From NCBI GenBank assembly GCA_944390445.1, contig CALXQB010000002.1, forward strand, positions 1-39,849: a stretch of DNA of 39,849 nt. The letters run 5' to 3'. The DNA is from an uncultured Clostridia bacterium. Lineage in GTDB: Bacteria; Bacillota; Clostridia; TANB77; CAG-508. Below the pieces are notes generated by a model that worked only from the letters and a program-made list of their open reading frames with translations, made no database searches and was not told the DNA's origin. Shown piece after piece: positions 1 to 8,518 of the stretch. The stretch's first letter is position 1, and every line of letters starts with the position of its first letter. The position numbers were made by a program, and so were the translations under genes.

Positions 1-13
1 TAAGGCAAAAGAA

Positions 14-38
14 AAAATGTAGGTTTTCCTACATTTTT
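14..38 (+). terminator. Rho-independent terminator hairpin for a gene ending just upstream of the window
   Basis: The stem atgtagg (17-23) pairs with cctacat (28-34) around a tttt loop and is followed by tttt. The window opens with taa. The 5' part (gaaaaaatgtagg) resembles the start of the GC-hairpin leader repeat family. Confidence 0.55.
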
Positions 39-80
39 ATGTTGGAAGAAAACTACATTTTTATTATCTCATAAACATTA

Positions 81-150
81 TATAATAAAACTATACAAAA
101 ATTCTCAAGTAAAATTGAGTAAAATTTGTATAGTTTTTTCTTATTGTATA
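81..150 (-). repeat. Long AT-rich palindromic element, copy 1 (inverted relative to copy 2 at 9975-10052)
   Basis: The arms aaaactatacaaa (87-99) and tttgtatagtttt (125-137) are perfectly complementary. The centre, tctcaagtaaaattgag, is the exact reverse complement of the centre of the 9975-10052 element. Confidence 0.7.
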
Positions 151-530
151 GGAAAAATCACTAGATTTTCAGGAGCAATGAGCTTAAGTTCCTATGTTTA
201 CGAGCAATTGTGAAACCACTTTTTCCCATTTTTAAGGTATGATTATGGAAGTAGAAGTAAAATGGATGAAAACATAAATAGTGATTACAAAACAATATTT
301 AATAGGAAAAGCGCCAATGACATGTTAGAAAAATTATGTACATAATAAATCGAAAATTTATGATTGTAATTTATAATTTATGAAAATTTTCTTAAAATGC
401 TTTTCATTTCAAAAAAACTATTATATAATATGTAAAATTGTGAGAATTCTCATTTTTAAACAAAAATGAGAATGATAAAAAATATTAATTATACTAAAGG
501 TGGAAGATATTTTAGCCAAGGAGGTAACAT

Positions 531-3059
531 ATGGCTGGAAAAAGTAAAAAGAAAACTACGAAAACAAATGATAAAACAAAGGTATATAAAACAAATACTA
601 CTAACAACAAGAAAGAGAAAAAAGAAAAGAAAAAGAAGAAACATCCTAAATTAAGGCTTGCAATTAAAATTATTTTTATATTGGCATTTTTGGTAATTTT
701 AATTGGTGGAGGAATTTTAGCAGGCTTTATTTTTGGTGCCTTTGGAGACGAATTTAAAATTTCAAAAGAACAATTATTAATTACTACTTCAAATTCAGAA
801 GTTTATGATATAAATGGAAATTTGCTTACCAATTTAAGTGGATTAGAAAATAGAAAAATTATTACATTAGATGATATGGCACCATATCTTCCAGTAGCTT
901 TTGTTTCTATAGAAGACGAAAGATTCTATAGTCATCATGGTGTGGATTGGAAAAGAACAATTGGTGCAACCCTTCAGTACTTATTTGGAAACTCTACTTA
1001 TGGTGGAAGTACTATTACACAACAATTGGTGAAAAATTTGACAAAAGAAGATGAACAAGCATGGCAAAGAAAGGTAAAAGAAATTTCTAGAGCGCTAGAA
1101 GTAGAAAGGTTAATTTCAAAAGATCAAGTATTGGAATTATATTTAAATACTATTTTTATGGGAGATCAAGCATTTGGAGTAGAGGTTGCTGCCAACTACT
1201 ACTTTAATAAAACGGCCAAAGATTTAACATTGGAAGAATGTGCGTTTTTAGCAGGGATTAACCATTCACCAAACTGGTATGATCCTTTCCACAAAAGTAC
1301 AAGCGAAACAGATGAAAAAGATGATGAGAGAATAAAAAATAGGACAATAACTGTTTTAGACAAGATGCAAGAATTAGGAAAAATTGGCTCACAAGAAGAA
1401 TATGATGCAGCAATCAGTAAAGTAGAGGAAGGACTACCTTTCTCAGAAGGTAATATTTCAACAGTAGTATTCTCATACCATACAGATGCAGCTATTGAAC
1501 AAATTTTACAACAATTAATGGATGAAAACCCTGAGTGGAGTAGAGAAATGGCTAAATTAGAATTGTATGGAGGAAATTACAAAATCTATACAACACAAGA
1601 TACTGGAATTCAGGACATTCTAGAAGAAGAAGTAAAGAAAGATAAATATATTATTGAAGGAAGAATTAAAGATGAAGAAACAGGAGAATATGAGAATTCT
1701 CAAACAGCTATGGTAATTCTAGACCATAAAACAGGTTATGTAGTTGGTTGTGTTGGAGGAACAGGAGAAAAAACAGATGCTTTTGGATTAAATAGAGCAA
1801 CACAATTACCAAGACAACCAGGTTCTTCTATAAAACCAATTGCTGTTGTGGCACCCGGAATAGAAAAAGGAGTTATCACAGCAGGAAGTGTATATGATGA
1901 TGTAAGAACTTATTGGGGAAATTGGGGACCAGGTAATTATTATAGTGGATTCAAAGGCCTAAGTACATTAAGGTCTGCCATCGAAATTTCTCAAAATGTG
2001 GTATTTGTAAAGATGATGGCAGATATAGGACTAGAAAATTCAATTGAATTTTTAAGACAAATGGGAGTAACAACATTATCAGATGACGAAGAAGGATTGG
2101 CATTAGCATTAGGAGGAGCAGCATACGGAATTTCTGCATTAGAAATGGCAGGTGCTTATGGAACAATTGCTAATGATGGAGTCTATATTACACCAACTTT
2201 CTATACGAAAGTAACAGACGAAGAAGGAAATGTTGTGCTAGAACCAAAACAAGAAACTAGAAGAGTAATGTCAGAAGCAGCAAGTTATGTAACGAAAACT
2301 TTGGTAATGCAACCAGTTGTTGGGTCTGCAGGAACCGCATCATATTGCCGTATTTCTGGAATGGATGTGGCAGCAAAAACAGGAACAACAGATAATAGTT
2401 CAGACAGATGGCTTTGTGGATTTACACCATACTATACCGCAACTTGCTGGTTTGGATATGATAATCAAAAAGAAAGAGTTAGATATAGTGGTTCAAATCC
2501 TGCAGGAAGTATATGGGATTCTGTTATGACACAAGTACACAGCAATTTGGAAGGAAAGAGATTTGAAAAACCATCAGGAATAACTTATGCAACTATTTGT
2601 AGGGATTCTGGATTATTAGCAACAGATACATGTAGAGAAGACCCTAGAGGAGATAGAACCTATACAGAAGTATATGTAGCAGGAACAAGCCCATCTAAAA
2701 TGTGTGAATGTCATGTAAAAGTAAAGATATGTAACGATACAAATAAAGTGGCAACTGAATTCTGCAATAATTTTACAGAAAAAGTATTTATTACAAGAGT
2801 AAATTCAGACATTGATACAGCATGGCAAGAAGCAGCAGATGCACAATATATGTTACCAACAGAAATTTGCAACATACACACTAAACCAGTTGTAGAACCA
2901 CCGGAAGAAGAATCAAACAATAATATTATCAATAATAATACAAACACTTCCGGAAGTGGCTCTGATGACGACGATGATGAAGAGGAAGAAGATAATAATA
3001 CAGGAAGTGGCACAGGAAATACTCCAATTGATAATACCAATACAAGTAATACAGTTTGA
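531..3059 (+). CDS. Class A penicillin-binding protein (bifunctional glycosyltransferase/transpeptidase, PBP1A-like)
   Basis: RBS aaggagg lies 6 nt upstream. There is an N-terminal TM anchor. The GT51 motifs are EDERFYSHHGVD and GGSTITQQLVKN. The transpeptidase motifs are SSIKP (SxxK) and KTGTT. The N-terminus is Lys-rich and the C-terminal tail is Cys-rich and then acidic/Asn-rich. Confidence 0.95.
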   Translation: MAGKSKKKTTKTNDKTKVYKTNTTNNKKEKKEKKKKKHPKLRLAIKIIFILAFLVILIGGGILAGFIFGAFGDEFKISKEQLLITTSNSEVYDINGNLLTNLSGLENRKIITLDDMAPYLPVAFVSIEDERFYSHHGVDWKRTIGATLQYLFGNSTYGGSTITQQLVKNLTKEDEQAWQRKVKEISRALEVERLISKDQVLELYLNTIFMGDQAFGVEVAANYYFNKTAKDLTLEECAFLAGINHSPNWYDPFHKSTSETDEKDDERIKNRTITVLDKMQELGKIGSQEEYDAAISKVEEGLPFSEGNISTVVFSYHTDAAIEQILQQLMDENPEWSREMAKLELYGGNYKIYTTQDTGIQDILEEEVKKDKYIIEGRIKDEETGEYENSQTAMVILDHKTGYVVGCVGGTGEKTDAFGLNRATQLPRQPGSSIKPIAVVAPGIEKGVITAGSVYDDVRTYWGNWGPGNYYSGFKGLSTLRSAIEISQNVVFVKMMADIGLENSIEFLRQMGVTTLSDDEEGLALALGGAAYGISALEMAGAYGTIANDGVYITPTFYTKVTDEEGNVVLEPKQETRRVMSEAASYVTKTLVMQPVVGSAGTASYCRISGMDVAAKTGTTDNSSDRWLCGFTPYYTATCWFGYDNQKERVRYSGSNPAGSIWDSVMTQVHSNLEGKRFEKPSGITYATICRDSGLLATDTCREDPRGDRTYTEVYVAGTSPSKMCECHVKVKICNDTNKVATEFCNNFTEKVFITRVNSDIDTAWQEAADAQYMLPTEICNIHTKPVVEPPEEESNNNIINNNTNTSGSGSDDDDDEEEEDNNTGSGTGNTPIDNTNTSNTV

Positions 3060-3075
3060 TAGTGTAAAAATAATC

Positions 3076-3133
3076 TATGAAAAAATGTAGGGGGCGATTT
3101 TAATCGCCCACTCTTTGGAGAAATACTTAAAAA
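3076..3133 (+). repeat. GC-hairpin leader repeat, copy A (between the PBP gene and the FemX-like gene)
   Basis: The sequence is tatgaaaaaatgtagggggcgattttaatcgcccactctttggagaaatacttaaaaa. The hairpin stem is GGGCGAT (3092-3098) with ATCGCCC (3103-3109). It is homologous to 6400-6456, 18298-18407 and 35647-35701. Confidence 0.8.
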
Positions 3134-3155
3134 TATGTTTAAAGGAAGGAAAAAA

Positions 3156-4193
3156 ATGATTACTTTTGTAAATGAAACAAATCGAGAAAAATATGAGGAT
3201 TTTCTTAAAAAACATGAAAGATGTAATTTCCAACAATCTACTTTATGGGCGAAAGTAAAAGAAAATTGGAAAAATGAAATTGTTTTAGTGGAGAATGAAA
3301 AGGAAGAAATTATTGCATCTCTTAGTATTTTAATTAGGAAAATCCCCATTTTTGGGAACTTACTATATTCTCCAAGAGGACCAATTTGTGACATTCACAA
3401 TGAAGAAGCCATGGCAGAATTAACACAAGGGATTAGACAAGTGGCAAAAAAATATGAAGCATTTGTAATAAAAATAGAACCCGATATTAAAAGTGATGAC
3501 ACCAAATTTAGAGATATTGTAATAAAAAACGGTTTTAAAATTAAAGATGATGCAAAAAACTTTAATGAAGAAATTCAACCACGCTACGTTTTTAGACTAG
3601 ATATTAAAGGGAAAACAGAAGAAGAAATTTTAAAAAATTTTCATCAAAAAACGAGATATAACCTTCGTTTGGCACAAAAAAAAGGAGTTATTATTAAAGA
3701 AGGAACAAAAGAAGACTTAAAAGATTTTCACAAAATTATGGTAGAAACAGGAGAAAGAGACAAATTTATTATTAGACCTTTGGCCTATTTCGAAAAAATG
3801 TATGATTGTTTAGCACCAGAACATATGCAATTATTGATGGCGTATCACGAGAATACGCCAATTGCAGGTATTATTCTTATTATGTATGGAAATAAGACAT
3901 GGTATTTGTATGGGGCAAGTAGTAATCAATATCGTAATATTATGCCAAATTATTTATTACAATGGAATGGGATTCAGAGAGCGATAAGGGATAAAAAAGA
4001 TGTCTATGACTTTAGAGGAGTTTCTGGAGTGGTAGATGAAAATCATCCACAATATGGCTTGTATCGCTTTAAAAAGGGATTTGGAGCAGAATTTACAGAA
4101 TTTATTGGAGAACTCTATATTCCATTTAAACCAGTTGTTTATTGGTTATATAAAATAGCAGAAAAATTATACAAAAAAATAATTGTTAGATAA
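3156..4193 (+). CDS. FemABX-family peptidoglycan aminoacyl/peptidyl transferase (tRNA-dependent interpeptide bridge formation)
   Basis: Family hallmarks are present: QSTLWAKVK, RYNLRLAQKKG, WYLYGASS and YRFKKGFG. The start is chosen at the ATG at 3156 (RBS aaggaagg at 3143-3150) rather than the ORF-track start at 3135. Confidence 0.85.
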   Translation: MITFVNETNREKYEDFLKKHERCNFQQSTLWAKVKENWKNEIVLVENEKEEIIASLSILIRKIPIFGNLLYSPRGPICDIHNEEAMAELTQGIRQVAKKYEAFVIKIEPDIKSDDTKFRDIVIKNGFKIKDDAKNFNEEIQPRYVFRLDIKGKTEEEILKNFHQKTRYNLRLAQKKGVIIKEGTKEDLKDFHKIMVETGERDKFIIRPLAYFEKMYDCLAPEHMQLLMAYHENTPIAGIILIMYGNKTWYLYGASSNQYRNIMPNYLLQWNGIQRAIRDKKDVYDFRGVSGVVDENHPQYGLYRFKKGFGAEFTEFIGELYIPFKPVVYWLYKIAEKLYKKIIVR

Positions 4194-4207
4194 AAAGGAA
4201 AAAATAA

Positions 4208-5320
4208 ATGAAAACATTACTCATTTCGAAAAAAGATTTATCATACAATGTCGAAAAAATAAAGCAAATGGTTCGTAGAAATGGACCAGATGATCAAGGA
4301 AATTATGTAAAAATTATTGCAGTGGTAAAAGGAAATGCTTATGGACTAGGACTTGTAGAATTTACTAAATTCTTAAGTCAAAAAGGCATTGACTTTTTTG
4401 CAGTGGCAAGTCCAGAAGAAGCAATTGAACTAAGAAAAGCTGGAATCGAAGCAGAAATTCTTTTATTATCTCCAGTTTGTTTACAAACAGAAATAGAAAC
4501 TTTATTAGAAAATAATATCATTCTTACGATTAGTTCAAAAGAATCGGCAGAAATGTTGGAACAAATTGCAGTGAAAAAGGAATTACAACCAAAGGTACAT
4601 TTGAAAATTGATACAGGGTTTGGAAGATATGGTTTTCTATATCAAAAACCTGAAGAAGTATTAAGTACAATAAAAGAATGTCCACATCTAGAAATACAAG
4701 GGGTATTTTCTCATTTTTCGGAAAGTTTTAGTCAAAAGCCAAAATGGACAGAAGAACAATTAAATCGATTTTTATCTGTAATAGAGGTTTTAAAACTAAA
4801 TGAAATTTCTTATGGAATGTTACATATTTCAAATTCTTCTGCTTTTTTAAGATATCCTACAATGGATTTAAATGCAGTAAGAATTGGTTCAGCATTTACA
4901 GGCAGGACAATTGGAGGAAATTTTGGCCTAAAAAAAATAGGAAAATTAAAAACCAATATTTCAGAAATAAAAAACCTTCCAAAAGGATATAATATAGGAT
5001 ATGGAAATACATATCAAACCAAAAAAGAAACTAAAATTGCAGTTTTACCAATTGGACATAGTGATGGATTCGGAATCGATGGTATAGAACAAAAATTTAA
5101 AATGATATCGAAAATAAAAATGGGAATAAAAAATATCATTCGAAATCAAAATACAAAGGTAGAAATGGATGGAAAAATATATTCAGTATTAGGACAAATT
5201 GGTATGTACCATACCGTAATCGATATTACTGGGAATGAAAATTTAAAAGTGGGACAAGAAGTTGAGATTGAAGTAAGAACTGTTTATATTGATAATAGAA
5301 TCGAAAGACAATATCGATAA
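4208..5320 (+). CDS. Alanine racemase family PLP enzyme (atypical subgroup)
   Basis: The PLP-lysine motif is AVVKGNAYGLG and the catalytic Tyr region is IGYGNTY...IAVLPIGHSDGF. It deviates from the canonical Alr as I remember it: there is an insertion of about 20 aa after GHSDGF, and GQIGMYH stands where GR(I/V)(C/S)MD is expected. Confidence 0.75.
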   Translation: MKTLLISKKDLSYNVEKIKQMVRRNGPDDQGNYVKIIAVVKGNAYGLGLVEFTKFLSQKGIDFFAVASPEEAIELRKAGIEAEILLLSPVCLQTEIETLLENNIILTISSKESAEMLEQIAVKKELQPKVHLKIDTGFGRYGFLYQKPEEVLSTIKECPHLEIQGVFSHFSESFSQKPKWTEEQLNRFLSVIEVLKLNEISYGMLHISNSSAFLRYPTMDLNAVRIGSAFTGRTIGGNFGLKKIGKLKTNISEIKNLPKGYNIGYGNTYQTKKETKIAVLPIGHSDGFGIDGIEQKFKMISKIKMGIKNIIRNQNTKVEMDGKIYSVLGQIGMYHTVIDITGNENLKVGQEVEIEVRTVYIDNRIERQYR

Positions 5321-5352
5321 AGCAAGGCTAATGAAAGGATTGATAAATAGAT

Positions 5353-6366
5353 ATGGAAGAACGAAAAATTGGCTTCTTTAAAAGAATGTTTAGGACCATA
5401 AAAGACTTTGATGAATATAAAGAATATGCCATAGAAAAAACAGGAACAAGTATAAAATATTTTCTCAAATTAATGCTATTCTTTTCACTTATCATCAGTA
5501 TTGCTATGACAATTCGATTTTATTCCTGGATGGATGAAGGACTAGAATATATAAAAAACAATATAGCGGAATTCGAATTAAAAGATGGAAAATTGACAGT
5601 ATCACAAGAAGAACCCATTATAATAGAAAACGAAAATTCACCACTAAATATTATTTTAATTGATACCAGAGAAAGAACAGAAGAGGAAAAAAATGAACAA
5701 ATTGAAAAAGTAAAATCTTATACCTCTGGAATGCTATTAACAGAAGATCAAATTATGTTAAAAATGCCTTTTTCAGAACAAGGACAAACAGAAAGTTGGT
5801 ATTCTTATGAGGCATTGGGAGTAGAAAATATCACAAAAGAATCTCTAATAGTAAATGCAACAACAGGAAACCTTCTTTATATGTCATTTATTTTTTATTT
5901 AGGAACAGTGGCTTATCTTTTTGTTATGTATGCTGTTCTAGCCCTACTAGATGTGGTATTATTAGCAATATTAGGATTTATTGTATCTAGAATACTTCGT
6001 ATTCCATTACGATTTGCTCCTACATGGAATGTGGCAGTTTATGCTTTGACATTACCAATTTTATTAAACGCACTATACATTTTTGTAAATGTATTATTTG
6101 GAATAGAAATTAAATATTTTGGAGTAATGTATAATGCAATTTCTTATATTTACATGATAACAGCAATACTTTTAATAAAATCAGATATCATCAAAAGAAA
6201 TATGGAAGTAAGTGCAATTGTGGAAGAACAAGAGAAAGTAAAACAAGAATTAGAAAGACAAAGAGAAGAAGAGGAAAAGAGAAAACAAGAAGAAGAAAAA
6301 GAAAAACAAAAAGAGAAAGAGAAAAAGGAAGAAAAAGGAGATTCACCAGAGGGGTCAAAGGCGTAA
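5353..6366 (+). CDS. DUF1189-like polytopic membrane protein with a Glu/Lys-rich C-terminal tail
   Basis: The N-terminal pattern (FFKRMFRTIKDFDEYKEY..GTSIKYFLKLMLFFSLI) and the multiple TM segments are typical of the DUF1189/YpjA-type family. The C-terminus (EEQEKVKQELERQREEEEKRKQEEEKEKQKEKEKKEEK) is low complexity. Confidence 0.55.
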   Translation: MEERKIGFFKRMFRTIKDFDEYKEYAIEKTGTSIKYFLKLMLFFSLIISIAMTIRFYSWMDEGLEYIKNNIAEFELKDGKLTVSQEEPIIIENENSPLNIILIDTRERTEEEKNEQIEKVKSYTSGMLLTEDQIMLKMPFSEQGQTESWYSYEALGVENITKESLIVNATTGNLLYMSFIFYLGTVAYLFVMYAVLALLDVVLLAILGFIVSRILRIPLRFAPTWNVAVYALTLPILLNALYIFVNVLFGIEIKYFGVMYNAISYIYMITAILLIKSDIIKRNMEVSAIVEEQEKVKQELERQREEEEKRKQEEEKEKQKEKEKKEEKGDSPEGSKA

Positions 6367-6399
6367 AACACAACATGTGAAAGATAGTATAAAATAAGT

Positions 6400-6456
6400 T
6401 ATGAAAAAATGTAGGGGCGATTTTAATCGCCCGTTCTTCAAAGAAATTGCTTAAAG
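6400..6456 (+). repeat. GC-hairpin leader repeat, copy B (upstream of ftsH)
   Basis: The sequence is tatgaaaaaatgtaggggcgattttaatcgcccgttcttcaaagaaattgcttaaag, the same element as 3076-3133. Confidence 0.8.
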
Positions 6457-6481
6457 CAATATGAAAGGATGAGAAAATGTT

Positions 6482-8287
6482 ATGAAAGAAAAAAGAAAAG
6501 ACAAAGACAAGAAAAGAGGAAAGTTATATTCTATTATTTTTACTATTGTGTTTCTTGTTATTGTGGGAGCAATTATTGGGGTATATATATGGCAAAATAA
6601 TAAACAAACAGAAGAAAATGAAGACGAAATTGCCTATACAGATTTAATTCAAAAAATCAGTAATGGTGAAGTTGAAAAAATTGAAATGACAGTTGGGTCT
6701 ACATCTATTAAAGTAAAATTAAAAGATATAGAAGAAGAAAAAACAGCAAGTGTACCAAATACACAAGCATTTATTGAATTAATTCAAGAAGAGGTAAAAA
6801 ATAACAATCAATTTGAATTAAAACAAAACAAGCAAAATCCATTACTTACAGTGGGAAGTACTTTCTTTTCTGTATTGCCAACACTTTTAATTGTTGCTTT
6901 ATTTATATTAATTTTTAAAATGCAGGGACTAGGAGATAAAGGAAAAGTTTATGGTGGAGAAGAAGATAATGATACTGGTGTTACCTTTAAAGATGTAGCT
7001 GGGCTAGATGAAGAAAAAAATGAATTAATTGAGATTGTGGACTTTTTAAAATCACCAGAAAAATTTCATGAAATTGGAGCAAAAATTCCAAAAGGCATTT
7101 TACTTTGTGGAAAACCAGGAACAGGAAAGACATTAATTGCAAAAGCAATTGCGGGAGAAGCAGGAGTCCCTTTTATTACTATGAGTGGTTCTGAATTTAT
7201 TGAAATGTTTGCAGGATTGGGAGCATCACGTGTTAGAAAATTATTTGAAAAAGCGAAAAAAATATCACCATGTATTGTATTTATTGATGAGATTGATGCT
7301 ATTGGTTCTAGAAGAACAAGTGGATCAGGAGGAGAGAGCGAAAACAATCAGACATTAAATCAATTATTAGTGGAGATGGATGGATTTGAAACAGACGAAA
7401 CAGTAATTGTATTAGCAGCAACCAACAGACCAGAAATGCTAGACAAAGCCCTTTTAAGACCAGGCAGATTTGACAGGAGAATTACAATTGCAGCACCAGA
7501 TTTACATGGAAGAGAAGAAATTCTAAAAATTCATAGCCAAAATAAAAAATTCGAGAAAGACATCGATCTTAAAGAAATTGCAGGAGATACTGCAGGATTT
7601 ACGGGAGCAGAACTTGCTAATGTGCTAAATGAAGCTGCTATTATTGCAGCAAGAAGCCACAGAAAGAAAATTAGTAAAAATGATATAGAAGAAGCAGTAA
7701 AAAAGGTTACAGTTGGATTAGAGAAACATAGTAGAGTCATATCAGAAAAAGATAAGAAATTAACAGCATATCATGAAGCGGGACACGCGATTGTAAGCAA
7801 ATTCTTACCAACGCAACAAGATGTAAAAGAGGTATCAATTATTCCAAGGGGTGTTGCCGGTGGTTATACCATGTACAAGACAAATGAAGATAAATACTAT
7901 ATTTCTAAAACAGAAATGGAAGAAAAGTTAATCGCTTTATTAGGAGGAAGAGCAGCAGAAAAATTAGCATTAGATGATATTTCCACAGGAGCAAGTAATG
8001 ATATTGAAGTTGCCACACAAATAGCAAGAGATATGGTAACTGTATATGGAATGAGCGATAAGATAGGACCAATTTCTTTAAAGACAGATGAACCATATGA
8101 GATGCAACCATTTGGAGATCATATTGGGGACAATATCGGAGAAGAAGTAAAAAAATTGATCGATACTGCGTACTATCAAGCACAACAGATTTTGTCACAA
8201 CACATGGATAAATTAGATGCAGTAGCAAATGCATTACTCGAAAAAGAAATTATATCAGCAGAAGAATTCCAAAGATTTTTTGAATAA
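6482..8287 (+). CDS. ftsH: ATP-dependent zinc metalloprotease FtsH
   Basis: The gene encodes two N-terminal TM helices, Walker A GKPGTGKT, Walker B VFIDEIDA, the second region of homology ATNRPEMLDKALLRPGRFDR and the zinc motif HEAGHA. Confidence 0.97.
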   Translation: MKEKRKDKDKKRGKLYSIIFTIVFLVIVGAIIGVYIWQNNKQTEENEDEIAYTDLIQKISNGEVEKIEMTVGSTSIKVKLKDIEEEKTASVPNTQAFIELIQEEVKNNNQFELKQNKQNPLLTVGSTFFSVLPTLLIVALFILIFKMQGLGDKGKVYGGEEDNDTGVTFKDVAGLDEEKNELIEIVDFLKSPEKFHEIGAKIPKGILLCGKPGTGKTLIAKAIAGEAGVPFITMSGSEFIEMFAGLGASRVRKLFEKAKKISPCIVFIDEIDAIGSRRTSGSGGESENNQTLNQLLVEMDGFETDETVIVLAATNRPEMLDKALLRPGRFDRRITIAAPDLHGREEILKIHSQNKKFEKDIDLKEIAGDTAGFTGAELANVLNEAAIIAARSHRKKISKNDIEEAVKKVTVGLEKHSRVISEKDKKLTAYHEAGHAIVSKFLPTQQDVKEVSIIPRGVAGGYTMYKTNEDKYYISKTEMEEKLIALLGGRAAEKLALDDISTGASNDIEVATQIARDMVTVYGMSDKIGPISLKTDEPYEMQPFGDHIGDNIGEEVKKLIDTAYYQAQQILSQHMDKLDAVANALLEKEIISAEEFQRFFE

Positions 8288-8310
8288 GATTATTACTGTC
8301 AGCAGACAAA

Positions 8311-8506
8311 GGAACGGCAATGTCATTAAGTTAAAGAAACAGAAAATCAACCATATATACCTATATTTTATCCGCAAAACTCTCAAGGTTCAAGGGGTAA
8401 TCCGGCAGCAGAAGGCTGTTTACGCTTTTGCTTCAAAATATAGGTATATATGGTTGAAATTAAAATAGAGAAAATGATTTACTTAACTTAATGACATTGC
8501 CGTTCC
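8311..8506 (+). repeat. Nested-palindrome structured element, copy 1 (candidate ncRNA or MITE-like repeat)
   Basis: The outer 24-nt arms are ggaacggcaatgtcattaagttaa (8311-8334) and its perfect complement (8483-8506). The inner 23-nt arms are tcaaccatatatacctatatttt (8347-8369) and aaaatataggtatatatggttga (8435-8457). The 111-nt core recurs nearly identically at 32521-32631. Confidence 0.85.
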
Positions 8507-8518
8507 TTTATTTGATTT

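Noticed and set aside
150-345. Short ORFs in the long leader upstream of the PBP gene: + strand MDENINSDYKTIFNRKSANDMLEKLCT and minus strand MGKSGFTIARKHRNLSSLLLKI.
   Set aside because: They are too short, lack an RBS and cannot be assigned. They may be gene remnants, but I cannot support that from the sequence alone.
466-654. A 62-aa Lys/Arg-rich ORF overlapping the PBP1A start.
   Set aside because: It is an out-of-frame read-through of the A-rich, Lys-coding start of the PBP gene. The strong RBS (aaggagg) serves the ATG at 531, not this ORF.
2711-3394. A 227-aa ORF on the minus strand spanning the PBP 3' end, the intergenic repeat and the FemX 5' end.
   Set aside because: It is antisense to two well-supported genes and crosses an intergenic repeat. 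Its poly-Ser stretch is simply the complement of the Asp/Glu-rich PBP tail. It has no RBS and no recognisable motif.
6150-6376. Two minus strand ORFs (73 and 61 aa) and a near-polypurine tract at the 3' end of the DUF1189 gene.
   Set aside because: The purine-rich DNA simply encodes the Glu/Lys tail of the + strand protein. The antisense ORFs are Ser/Phe/Leu-rich mirror artefacts.
8229-8468. A 79-aa + strand ORF covering the nested-palindrome element.
   Set aside because: It starts inside ftsH in another frame and runs through perfect inverted repeats. The second copy of the element (32521-32631) does not maintain an equivalent ORF, so the conservation is at the nucleotide or structure level.
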